From the human T2T-CHM13v2.0 reference genome, Homo sapiens: a DNA stretch of 64,000 nt. Made by a program: the position numbers and the translations under genes. The notes below the pieces were generated by a model. The model did no database searches and was not told where the DNA came from. It was given only the letters and a program-made list of their open reading frames with translations. This document shows, piece after piece, positions 39,663 through 52,422 of the stretch. The stretch is taken from the NCBI RefSeq assembly GCF_009914755.1, contig NC_060933.1, one strand, 5' to 3'. Every line of letters starts with the position of its first letter. The stretch's first letter is position 1.

Positions 39663-42600
39663 CATTCTCAGAAACTTGTTTGTGATGTGTGTATTCAACT
39701 AACAGAGATGAACCTTTCTTTTTACAGAGCAGTTTTGAAACACTCTTTTTGTGGAATCTGAAAGTGGATATTTGGATAGCTTTGAGGATTTCGTTGGAAA
39801 CGGGATTACATATAAAACCTAGAGAGAAGCATTCTCAGGAACTTCTTTGTGATGTTTGCCTTCAAGTCACAGGACTGAACATTCCCTTTCATAGAGCAGG
39901 TTTGAAACACTCTTTCTGTAGTATCTGCAAGCTGACGTTTCAAGCGCTTTCAGGCCTATGGTGAGAAAGGAAATATCTTCAAGTAAAAACTAGACAGAAG
40001 CATTCTCAGAAACTTATTTGCCATGTGTGTTCTCAACTAACAGAGTTGAACCTTTGTTTTGATACGGCATTTTGGAAACACTCTTTTTGTAGAATCTGCA
40101 GGTGGATATTCGGATAGCTTTGAAGGTTTCGTTGGAAACGGGAATATCTTCATATAAAATCTAGACGGAAGCATTCTCAGAAACTGCTTTGTGATGTTTT
40201 CATTCAAGTCACAGAGTAGAATGTTCCCTGTTATATACCAGGTTTGAGACACTCTTTCTGCACTACCCGGAAGTGGACGTTTGGAGCGCTTTGAGGCCTA
40301 TGTTGAAAAAGGAAATATCTTCCCATAAAAACTAGACAGAAGCATTCTCAGAAACTTGTTTGTGATGTGTGTATTCAACTAACAGAGATGAACCTTTCTT
40401 TTTACAGAGCAGTTTTGAAACACTCTTTTTGTGGAATCTGAAAGTGGATATTTGGATAGCTTTGAGGATTTCGTTGGAAACGGGATTACATATAAAATCT
40501 AGAGAGAAGCATTCTCAGGAACTTCTTTGTGATGTTTGCATTCACGTCACAGAACTGAACATTCCCTTTCATAGAGCATGTTTGAAACACTCTTTCTGTA
40601 GTATCTGCAAACGGACATTTCAAACGCTTTCAGGCCTATGGTGAGAAAGGAAATATCTTCAAGTAAAAACTAGACAGAAGCATTCTCAGAAACTTATTTG
40701 CGATGTGTGTCCTCAACTAACAGAGTTGAACCTTTCTTTTGATACAACATTTTGGAAACACTCTTTTTGTAGAATCTGCAAGTGGATATTTGAATAGCTT
40801 TGAAGGTTTCGTTGGAAACGGGAATATCTTCATATAAAATCAAGACAGAAGCATTCTCAGAAACTTCTCTGTGATGTTTGCATTCAACTCATAGAGTTGA
40901 ACACTTCCCTTCATACAGCAGGTTTGAAACACTCTTTTTGTAATATTTGGAAGTGGACATTTGCAGCGCTTTGAGGCCTATGATGAAAAAGGTAATATCT
41001 TCCCATAAAAACTAGACAGAAGCATTCTCAGAAACTTGTTTGTGATGTGTGTATTCAACTAACAGAGATGAACCTTTCTTTTTACAGAGCAGTTTTGAAA
41101 CACTCTTTTTGTGGAATCTGAAAGTGGATATTTGGATAGCTTTGCGGATTTCGTTGGAAACGGGATTACATATAAAATCTAGGGAGAAGCATTCTCAGGA
41201 ACTTCTTTGTGATGTTTGCATTCAAGTCACAGAACTGAACATTCCCTTTCATAGAGCAGGTTTGAAACACTCTTTCTGTAGTATCTGCAAGCGGACGTTT
41301 TAAGGGCTTTCAGGCCTTTGGTGAGAAAGGAAATATCTTCAAATAAAAACTAGACAGAAGCATTCTCAGAAACTTATTTGCGATGTGTGTCCTCAACTAA
41401 CAGAGTTGAACCTTTCTTTTGATACAACATTTTGGAAACACTCTTTTTGTAGAATCTGCAAGTGGATATTTGGATAGCTTTGAAGGTTTCGTTGGAAACG
41501 GGAATATCTTCATATGAAATCAAGACAGAAGCATTCTCAGAAACTTCTCTGTGATGTTTGCATTCAACTCATAGAGTTGAACACTTCCCTTCATACAGCA
41601 GGTTTGAAACACTCTTTTTGTAATATTTGGAAGTGGACATTTGCAGCGCTTTGAGGCCTATGTTGAAAAAGGAAATATCTTCTCCTAAAAACCAGACAGA
41701 AGCATTCTCAGAAACTTCCTTGTGATGTGTGTACTCAAGTAACAGAGTTGAACCTTCCTTTTGACAGAGCAGTTTTGAAGCACTCTTTTTGTAGAATCTG
41801 CAAGTGGATATTTTGATACCTTTGAGGATTTCGTTGGACACGGGATATCTTCATATAAAATCTAGACAGAAGCATTCTCAGAAACTTCTTTGTGCTGTAT
41901 GTCCTCAATTAACAGAGTTGAACCTTTGTGTGGATACAGCATTTTGGAAACATTCCTTTAGTAGAATCTGCAAGTTGATATTTAGATAGCTAGGAAGATT
42001 TCCTTGGAAACGGGAATATCTTCATATAAAATCTAGACGGAAGCATTCTCAGAAAGTGCTTTGTGATGTTTGCATTCAAGTCACAGAGTTGAATATTCCC
42101 TTTTATAGAGCAGGTTTGAAACACTCTTTCTGCACTACCTGGAAGTGGACATTTGGAGCGCTTTGAGGCCTATGTTGAAAAACGAAATATCTTCCCATAA
42201 AAACTAGACAGAAGCATTCTCAGAAACTTGTTTGTGATGTGTGTATTCAACTAACAGAGATGAACCTTTCTTTTTACAGAGCAGTTTTGAAACACTCTTT
42301 TTGTGGAATCTGAAAGTGGATATTTGGATAGCTTTGAGGATTTCGTTGGAAACGGGATTACATATAAAACCTAGAGAGAAGCATTCTCAGGAACTTCTTT
42401 GTGATGTTTGCCTTCAAGTCACAGGACTGAACATTCCCTTTCATAGAGCAGGTTTGAAACACTCTTTCTGTAGTATCTGCAAGCTGACGTTTCAAGCGCT
42501 TTCAGGCCTATGGTGAGAAAGGAAATATCTTCAAGTAAAAACTAGACAGAAGCATTCTCAGAAACTTATTTGCCATGTGTGTTCTCAACTAACAGAGTTG

Positions 42601-45600
42601 AACCTTTGTTTTGATACGGCATTTTGGAAACACTCTTTTTGTAGAATCTGCAGGTGGATATTCGGATAGCTTTGAAGGTTTCGTTGGAAACGGGAATATC
42701 TTCATATAAAATCTAGACGGAAGCATTCTCAGAAACTGCTTTGTGATGTTTTCATTCAAGTCACAGAGTAGAATGTTCCCTGTTATATACCAGGTTTGAG
42801 ACACTCTTTCTGCACTACCTGGAAGTGGACGTTTGGAGCGCTTTGAGGCCTATGTTGAAAAAGGAAATATCTTCCCATAAAAACTAGACAGAAGCATTCT
42901 CAGAAACTTGTTTGTGATGTGTGTATTCAACTAACAGAGATGAACCTTTCTTTTTACAGAGCAGTTTTGAAACACTCTTTTTGTGGAATCTGAAAGTGGA
43001 TATTTGGATAGCTTTGAGGATTTCGTTGGAAACGGGATTACATATAAAATCTAGAGAGAAGCATTCTCAGGAACTTCTTTGTGATGTTTGCATTCACGTC
43101 ACAGAACTGAACATTCCCTTTCATAGAGCATGTTTGAAACACTCTTTCTGTAGTATCTGCAAACGGACATTTCAAACGCTTTCAGGCCTATGGTGAGAAA
43201 GGAAATATCTTCAAGTAAAAACTAGACAGAAGCATTCTCAGAAACTTATTTGCGATGTGTGTCCTCAACTAACAGAGTTGAACCTTTCTTTTGATACAAC
43301 ATTTTGGAAACACTCTTTTTGTAGAATCAGCAAGTGGATATTTGAATAGCTTTGAAGGTTTCGTTGGAAACGGGAATATCTTCATATAAAATCAAGACAG
43401 AAGCATTCTCAGAAACTTCTCTGTGATGTTTGCATTCAACTCATAGAGTTGAACACTTCCCTTCATACAGCAGGTTTGAAACACTCTTTTTGTAATATTT
43501 GGAAGTGGACATTTGCAGCGCTTTGAGGCCTATGATGAAAAAGGTAATATCTTCCCATAAAAACTAGACAGAAGCATTCTCAGAAACTTGTTTGTGATGT
43601 GTGTATTCAACTAACAGAGATGAACCTTTCTTTTTACAGAGCAGTTTTGAAACACTCTTTTTGTGGAATCTGAAAGTGGATATTTGGATAGCTTTGCGGA
43701 TTTCGTTGGAAACGGGATTACATATAAAATCTAGGGAGAAGCATTCTCAGGAACTTCTTTGTGATGTTTGCATTCAAGTCACAGAACTGAACATTCCCTT
43801 TCATAGAGCAGGTTTGAAACACTCTTTCTGTAGTATCTGCAAGCGGACGTTTTAAGCGCTTTCAGGCCTGTGGTGAGAAAGGAAATATCTTCAAATAAAA
43901 ACTAGACAGAAGCATTCTCAGAAACTTATTTGCGATGTGTGTCCTCAACTAACAGAGTTGAACCTTTCTTTTGATACAACATTTTGGAAACACTCTTTTT
44001 GTAGAATCTGCAAGTGGATATTTGGATAGCTTTGAAGGTTTCGTTGGAAACGGGAATATCTTCATATGAAATCAAGACAGAAGCATTCTCAGAAACTTCT
44101 CTGTGATGTTTGCATTCAACTCATAGAGTTGAACACTTCCCTTCATACAGCAGGTTTGAAACACTCTTTTTCTAATATTTGGAAGTGGACATTTGCAGCG
44201 CTTTGAGGCCTATGTTGAAAAAGGAAATATCTTCTCCTAAAAACCAGACAGAAGCATTCTCAGAAACTTCCTTGTGATGTGTGTACTCAAGTAACAGAGT
44301 TGAACCTTCCTTTTGACAGAGCAGTTTTGAAGCACTCTTTTTGTAGAATCTGCAAGTGGATATTTTGATACCTTTGAGGATTTCGTTGGACACGGGATAT
44401 CTTCATATAAAATCTAGACAGAAGCATTCTCAGAAACTTCTTTGTGCTGTATGTCCTCAATTAACAGAGTTGAACCTTTGTGTGGATACAGCATTTTGGA
44501 AACATTCCTTTAGTAGAATCTGCAAGTTGATATTTAGATAGCTAGGAAGATTTCCTTGGAAACGGGAATATCTTCATATAAAATCTAGACGGAAGCATTC
44601 TCAGAAAGTGCTTTGTGATGTTTGCATTCAAGTCACAGAGTTGAATATTCCCTTTTATAGAGCAGGTTTGAAACACTCTTTCTGCACTACCTGGAAGTGG
44701 ACATTTGGAGCGCTTTGAGGCCTATGTTGAAAAAGGAAATATCTTCCCATAAAAACTAGACAGAAGCATTCTCAGAAACTTGTTTGTGATGTGTGTATTC
44801 AACTAACAGAGATGAACCTTTCTTTTTACAGAGCAGTTTTGAAACACTCTTTTTGTGGAATCTGAAAGTGGATATTTGGATAGCTTTGAGGATTTCGTTG
44901 GAAACGGGATTACATATAAAACCTAGAGAGAAGCATTCTCAGGAACTTCTTTGTGATGTTTGCCTTCAAGTCACAGGACTGAACATTCCCTTTCATAGAG
45001 CAGGTTTGAAACACTCTTTCTGTAGTATCTGCAAGCTGACGTTTCAAGCGCTTTCAGGCCTATGGTGAGAAAGGAAATATCTTCAAGTAAAAACTAGACA
45101 GAAGCATTCTCAGAAACTTATTTGCCATGTGTGTTCTCAACTAACAGAGTTGAACCTTTGTTTTGATACGGCATTTTGGAAACACTCTTTTTGTAGAATC
45201 TGCAGGTGGATATTCGGATAGCTTTGAAGGTTTCGTTGGAAACGGGAATATCTTCATATAAAATCTAGACGGAAGCATTCTCAGAAACTGCTTTGTGATG
45301 TTTTCATTCAAGTCACAGAGTAGAATGTTCCCTGTTATATACCAGGTTTGAGACACTCTTTCTGCACTACCTGGAAGTGGACGTTTGGAGCGCTTTGAGG
45401 CCTATGTTGAAAAAGGAAATATCTTCCCATAAAAACTAGACAGAAGCATTCTCAGAAACTTGTTTGTGATGTGTGTATTCAACTAACAGAGATGAACCTT
45501 TCTTTTTACAGAGCAGTTTTGAAACACTCTTTTTGTGGAATCTGAAAGTGGATATTTGGATAGCTTTGAGGATTTCGTTGGAAACGGGATTACATATAAA

Positions 45601-48600
45601 ATCTAGAGAGAAGCATTCTCAGGAACTTCTTTGTGATGTTTGCATGCACGTCACAGAACTGAACATTCCCTTTCATAGAGCATGTTTGAAACACTCTTTC
45701 TGTAGTATCTGCAAACGGACATTTCAAACGCTTTCAGGCCTATGGTGAGAAAGGAAATATCTTCAAGTAAAAACTAGACAGAAGCATTCTCAGAAACTTA
45801 TTTGCCATGTGTGTCCTCAACTAACAGAGTTGAACCTTTCTTTTGATACAAGATTTTGGAAACACTCTTTTTGTAGAATCTGCAAGTGGATATTTGAATA
45901 GCTTTGAAGGTTTCGTTGGAAAGGGGAATATCTTCATATAAAATCAAGACAGAAGCATTCTCAGAAACTTCTCTGTGATGTTTGCATTCAACTCATAGAG
46001 TTGAACACTTCCCTTCATACAGCAGGTTTGAAACACTCTTTTTGTAATATTTGGAAGTGGACATTTGCAGCGCTTTGAGGCCTATGATGAAAAAGGAAAT
46101 ATCTTCTCATAAAAACTAGACAGAAGCATTCTCAGAAACTTGTTTGTGATGTGTGTATTCAACTAACAGAGATGAACCTTTCTTTTTACAGAGCAGTTTT
46201 GAAACACTCTTTTTGTGGAATCTGAAAGTGGATATTTGGATAGCTTTGCGGATTTCGTTGGAAACGGGATTACATATAAAATCTAGGGAGAAGCATTCTC
46301 AGGAACTTCTTTGTGATGTTTGCATTCAAGTCACAGAACTGAACATTCCCTTTCATAGAGCAGGTTTGAAACACTCTTTCTGTAGTATCTGCAAGCGGAC
46401 GTTTTAAGCGCTTTCAGGCCTGTGGTGAGAAAGGAAATATCTTCAAATAAAAACTAGACAGAAGCCTTCTCAGAAACTTATTTGCGATGTGTGTCCTCAA
46501 CTAACAGAGTTGAACCTTTCTTTTGATACAACATTTTGGAAACACTCTTTTTGTAGAATCTGCAAGTGGATATTTGGATAGCTTTGAAGGTTTCGTTGGA
46601 AACGGGAATATCTTCATATGAAATCAAGACAGAAGCATTCTCAGAAACTTCTCTGTGATGTTTGCATTCAACTCATAGAGTTGAACACTTCCCTTCATAC
46701 AGCAGGTTTGAAACACTCTTTTTCTAATATTTGGAAGTGGACATTTGCAGCAATTTGAGGACTATGTTGAAAAAGGAAATATCTTCTCCTAAAAACCAGA
46801 CAGAAGCATTCTCAGAAACTTCCTTGTGATGTGTGTACTCAAGTAACAGAGTTGAACCTTCCTTTTGACAGAGCAGTTTTGAAGCACTCTTTTTGTAGAA
46901 TCTGCAAGTGGATATTTTGATACCTTTGAGGATTTCGTTGGACACGGGATATCTTCATATAAAATCTAGACAGAAGCATTCTCAGAAACTTCTTTGTGCT
47001 GTATGTCCTCAATTAACAGAGTTGAACCTTTGTGTGGATACAGCATTTTGGAAACATTCCTTTAGTAGAATCTGCAAGTTGATATTTAGATAGCTAGGAA
47101 GATTTCCTTGGAAACGGGAATATCTTCATATAAAATCTAGACGGAAGCATTCTCAGAAAGTGCTTTGTGATGTTTGCATTCAAGTCACAGAGTTGAATAT
47201 TCCCTTTTATAGAGCAGGTTTGAAACACTCTTTCTGCACTACCTGGAAGTGGACATTTGGAGCGCTTTGAGGCCTATGTTGAAAAAGGAAATATCTTCCC
47301 ATAAAAACTAGACAGAAGCATTCTCAGAAAGTTGTTTGTGATGTGTGTATTCAACTAACAGAGATGAACCTTTCTTTTTACAGAGCAGTTTTGAAACACT
47401 CTTTTTGTGGAATCTGAAAGTGGATATTTGGATAGCTTTGAGGATTTCGTTGGAAACGGGATTACATATAAAACCTAGAGAGAAGCATTCTCAGGAACTT
47501 CTTTGTGATGTTTGCCTTCAAGTCACAGGACTGAACATTCCCTTTCATAGAGCAGGTTTGAAACACTCTTTCTGTAGTGTCTGCAAGCTGACGTTTCAAG
47601 CGCTTTCAGGCCTATGGTGAGAAAGGAAATATCTTCAAGTAAAAACTAGACAGAAGCATTCTCAGAAACTTATTTGCCATGTGTGTTCTCAACTAACAGA
47701 GTTGAACCTTTGTTTTGATACGGCATTTTGGAAACACTCTTTTTGTAGAATCTGCAGGTGGATATTCGGATAGCTTTGAAGGTTTCGTTGGAAACGGGAA
47801 TATCTTCATATAAAATCTAGACGGAAGCATTCTCAGAAACTGCTTTGTGATGTTTTCATTCAAGTCACAGAGTAGAATGTTCCCTGTTATATACCAGGTT
47901 TGAGACACTCTTTCTGCACTACCTGGAAGTGGACGTTTGGAGCGCTTTGAGGCCTATGTTGAAAAAGGAAATATCTTCCCATAAAAACTAGACAGAAGCA
48001 TTCTCAGAAACTTGTTTGTGATGTGTGTATTCAACTAACAGAGATGAACCTTTCTTTTTACAGAGCAGTTTTGAAACACTCTTTTTGTGGAATCTGAAAG
48101 TGGATATTTGGATAGCTTTGAGGATTTCGTTGGAAACGGGATTACATATAAAATCTAGAGAGAAGCATTCTCAGGAACTTCTTTGTGATGTTTGCATTCA
48201 CGTCACAGAACTGAACATTCCCTTTCATAGAGCATGTTTGAAACACTCTTTCTGTAGTATCTGCAAACGGACATTTCAAACGCTTTCAGGCCTATGGTGA
48301 GAAAGGAAATATCTTCAAGTAAAAACTAGACAGAAGCATTCTCAGAAACTTATTTGCGATGTGTGTCCTCAACTAACAGAGTTGAACCTTTCTTTTGATA
48401 CAACATTTTGGAAACACTCTTTTTGTAGAATCAGCAAGTGGATATTTGAATAGCTTTGAAGGTTTCGTTGGAAACGGGAATATCTTCATATAAAATCAAG
48501 ACAGAAGCATTCTCAGAAACTTCTCTGTGATGTTTGCATTCAACTCATAGAGTTGAACACTTCCCTTCATACAGCAGGTTTGAAACACTCTTTTTGTAAT

Positions 48601-51600
48601 ATTTGGAAGTGGACATTTGCAGCGCTTTGAGGCCTATGATGAAAAAGGTAATATCTTCCCATAAAAACTAGACAGAAGCATTCTCAGAAACTTGTTTGTG
48701 ATGTGTGTATTCAACTAACAGAGATGAACCTTTCTTTTTACAGAGCAGTTTTGAAACACTCTTTTTCTGGAATCTGAAAGTGGATATTTGGATAGCTTTG
48801 CGGATTTCGTTGGAAACGGGATTACATATAAAATCTAGGGAGAAGCATTCTCAGGAACTTCTTTGTGATGTTTGCATTCAAGTCACAGAACTGAACATTC
48901 CCTTTCATAGAGCAGGTTTGAAACACTCTTTCTGTAGTATCTGCAAGCGGACGTTTTAAGCGCTTTCAGGCCTGTGGTGAGAAAGGAAATATCTTCAAAT
49001 AAAAACTAGACAGAAGCATTCTCAGAAACTTATTTGCGATGTGTGTCCTCAACTAACAGAGTTGAACCTTTCTTTTGATACAACATTTTGGAAACACTCT
49101 TTTTGTAGAATCTGCAAGTGGATATTTGGATAGCTTTGAAGGTTTCGTTGGAAACGGGAATATCTTCATATGAAATCAAGACAGAAGCATTCTCAGAAAC
49201 TTCTCTGTGATGTTTGCATTCAACTCATAGAGTTGAACACTTCCCTTCATACAGCAGGTTTGAAACACTCTTTTTCTAATATTTGGAAGTGGACATTTGC
49301 AGCGCTTTGAGGCCTATGTTGAAAAAGGAAATATCTTCTCCTAAAAACCAGACAGAAGCATTCTCAGAAACTTCCTTGTGATGTGTGTACTCAAGTAACA
49401 GAGTTGAACCTTCCTTTTGACAGAGCAGTTTTGAAGCACTCTTTTTGTAGAATCTGCAAGTGGATATTTTGATACCTTTGAGGATTTCGTTGGACACGGG
49501 ATATCTTCATATAAAATCTCGACAGAAGCATTCTCAGAAACTTCTTTGTGCTGTATGTCCTCAATTAACAGAGTTGAACCTTTGTGTGGATACAGCATTT
49601 TGGAAACATTCCTTTAGTAGAATCTGCAAGTTGATATTTAAATAGCTAGGAAGATTTCCTTGGAAACGGGAATATCTTCATATAAAATCTAGACGGAAGC
49701 ATTCTCAGAAAGTGCTTTGTGATGTTTGCATTCAAGTCACAGAGTTGAATATTCCCTTTTATAGAGCAGGTTTGAAACACTCTTTCTGCACTACCTGGAA
49801 GTGGACATTTGGAGCGCTTTGAGGCCTATGTTGAAAAAGGAAATATCTTCCCATAAAAACTAGACAGAAGCATTCTCAGAAACTTGTTTGTGATGTGTGT
49901 ATTCAACTAACAGAGATGAACCTTTCTTTTTACAGAGCAGTTTTGAAACACTCTTTTTGTGGAATCTGAAAGTGGATATTTGGATAGCTTTGAGGATTTC
50001 GTTGGAAACGGGATTACATATAAAACCTAGAGAGAAGCATTCTCAGGAACTTCTTTGTGATGTTTGCCTTCAAGTCACAGGACTGAACATTCCCTTTCAT
50101 AGAGCAGGTTTGAAACACTCTTTCTGTAGTATCTGCAAGCTGACGTTTCAAGCGCTTTCAGGCCTATGGTGAGAAAGGAAATATCTTCAAGTAAAAACTA
50201 GACAGAAGCATTCTCAGAAACTTATTTGCCATGTGTGTTCTCAACTAACAGAGTTGAACCTTTGTTTTGATACGGCATTTTGGAAACACTCTTTTTGTAG
50301 AATCTGCAGGTGGATATTCGGATAGCTTTGAAGGTTTCGTTGGAAACGGGAATATCTTCATATAAAATCTAGACGGAAGCATTCTCAGAAACTGCTTTGT
50401 GATGTTTTCATTCAAGTCACAGAGTAGAATGTTCCCTGTTATACACCAGGTTTGAGACACTCTTTCTGCACTACCTGGAAGTGGACGTTTGGAGCGCTTT
50501 GAGGCCTATGTTGAAAAAGGAAATATCTTCCCATAAAAACTAGACAGAAGCATTCTCAGAAACTTGTTTGTGATGTGTGTATTCAACTAACAGAGATGAA
50601 CCTTTCTTTTTACAGAGCAGTTTTGAAACACTCTTTTTGTGGAATCTGAAAGTGGATATTTGGATAGCTTTGAGGATTTCGTTGGAAACGGGATTACATA
50701 TAAAATCTAGAGAGAAGCATTCTCAGGAACTTCTTTGTGATGTTTGCATTCACGTCACAGAACTGAACATTCCCTTTCATAGAGCATGTTTGAAACACTC
50801 TTTCTGTAGTATCTGCAAACGGACATTTCAAACGCTTTCAGGCCTATGGTGAGAAAGGAAATATCTTCAAGTAAAAAATAGACAGAAGCATTCTCAGAAA
50901 CTTATTTGCGATGTGTGTCCTCAACTAACAGAGTTGAACCTTTCTTTTGATACAACATTTTGGAAACACTCTTTTTGTAGAATCAGCAAGTGGATATTTG
51001 AATAGCTTTGAAGGTTTCGTTGGAAACGGGAATATCTTCATATAAAATCAAGACAGAAGCATTCTCAGAAACTTCTCTGTGATGTTTGCATTCAACTCAT
51101 AGAGTTGAACACTTCCCTTCATACAGCAGGTTTGAAACACTCTTTTTGTAATATTTGGAAGTGGACATTTGCAGCACTTTGAGGCCTATGATGAAAAAGG
51201 AAATATCTTCCCATAAAAACTAGACAGAAGCATTCTCAGAAACTTGTTTGTGATGTGTGTATTCAACTAACAGAGATGAACCTTTCTTTTTACAGAGCAG
51301 TTTTGAAACACTCTTTTTGTGGAATCTGAAAGTGGATATTTGGATAGCTTTGCGGATTTCGTTGGAAACGGGATTACATATAAAATCTAGGGAGAAGCAT
51401 TCTCAGGAACTTCTTTGTGATGTTTGCATTCAAGTCACAGAACTGAACATTCCCTTTCATAGAGCAGGTTTGAAACACTCTTTCTGTAGTATCTGCAAGC
51501 GGACGTTTTAAGCGGTTTCAGGCCTGTGGTGAGAAAGGAAATATCTTCAAATAAAAACTAGACAGAAGCATTCTCAGAAACTTATTTGCGATGTGTGTCC

Positions 51601-52422
51601 TCAACTGACAGAGTTGAACTTTTCTTTTGATACAACATTTTGGAAACACTCTTTTTGTAGAATCTGCAAGTGGATATTTGGATAGCTTTGAAGGTTTCGT
51701 TGGAAACGGGAATATCTTCATATGAAATCAAGACAGAAGCATTCTCAGAAACTTCTCTGTGATGTTTGCATTCAACTCATAGAGTTGAACACTTCCCTTC
51801 ATACAGCAGGTTTGAAACACTCTTTTTCTAATATTTGGAAGTGGACATTTGCAGCAATTTGAGGCCTATGTTGAAAAAGGAAATATCTTCTCCTAAAAAC
51901 CAGACAGAAGCATTCTCAGAAACTTCCTTGTGATGTGTGTACTCAAGTAACAGAGTTGAACCTTGCTTTTGACAGAGCAGTTTTGAAGCAGGCTTTTTGT
52001 AGAATCTGCAAGTGGATATTTTGATACCTTTGTGGATTTCGTTGGACACGGGATATCTTCATATAAAATCTAGACAGAAGCATTCTCAGAAACTTCTTTG
52101 TGCTGTATGTCCTCAATTAACAGAGTTGAACCTTTGTGTGGATACAGCATTTTGGAAACATTCCTTTAGTAGAATCTGCAAGTTGATATTTAGATAGCTA
52201 GGAAGATTTCCTTGGAAACGGGAATATCTTCATATAAAATCTAGACGGAAGCATTCTCAGAAAGTGCTTTGTGATGTTTGCATTCAAGTCACAGAGTTGA
52301 ATATTCCCTTTTATAGAGCAGGTTTGAAACACTCTTTCTGCACTACCTGGAAGTGGACATTTGGAGCGCTTTGAGGCCTATGTTGAAAAAGGAAATATCT
52401 TCCCATAAAAACTAGACAGAAG
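39663..52422 (+). repeat. Run of five canonical 15-mer HORs (A-B-C-T)
   Basis: Unit-start m1 ORFs at 39689, 42241, 44793, 47345, 49897, then 52449; 2552-bp period. Confidence 0.93.
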
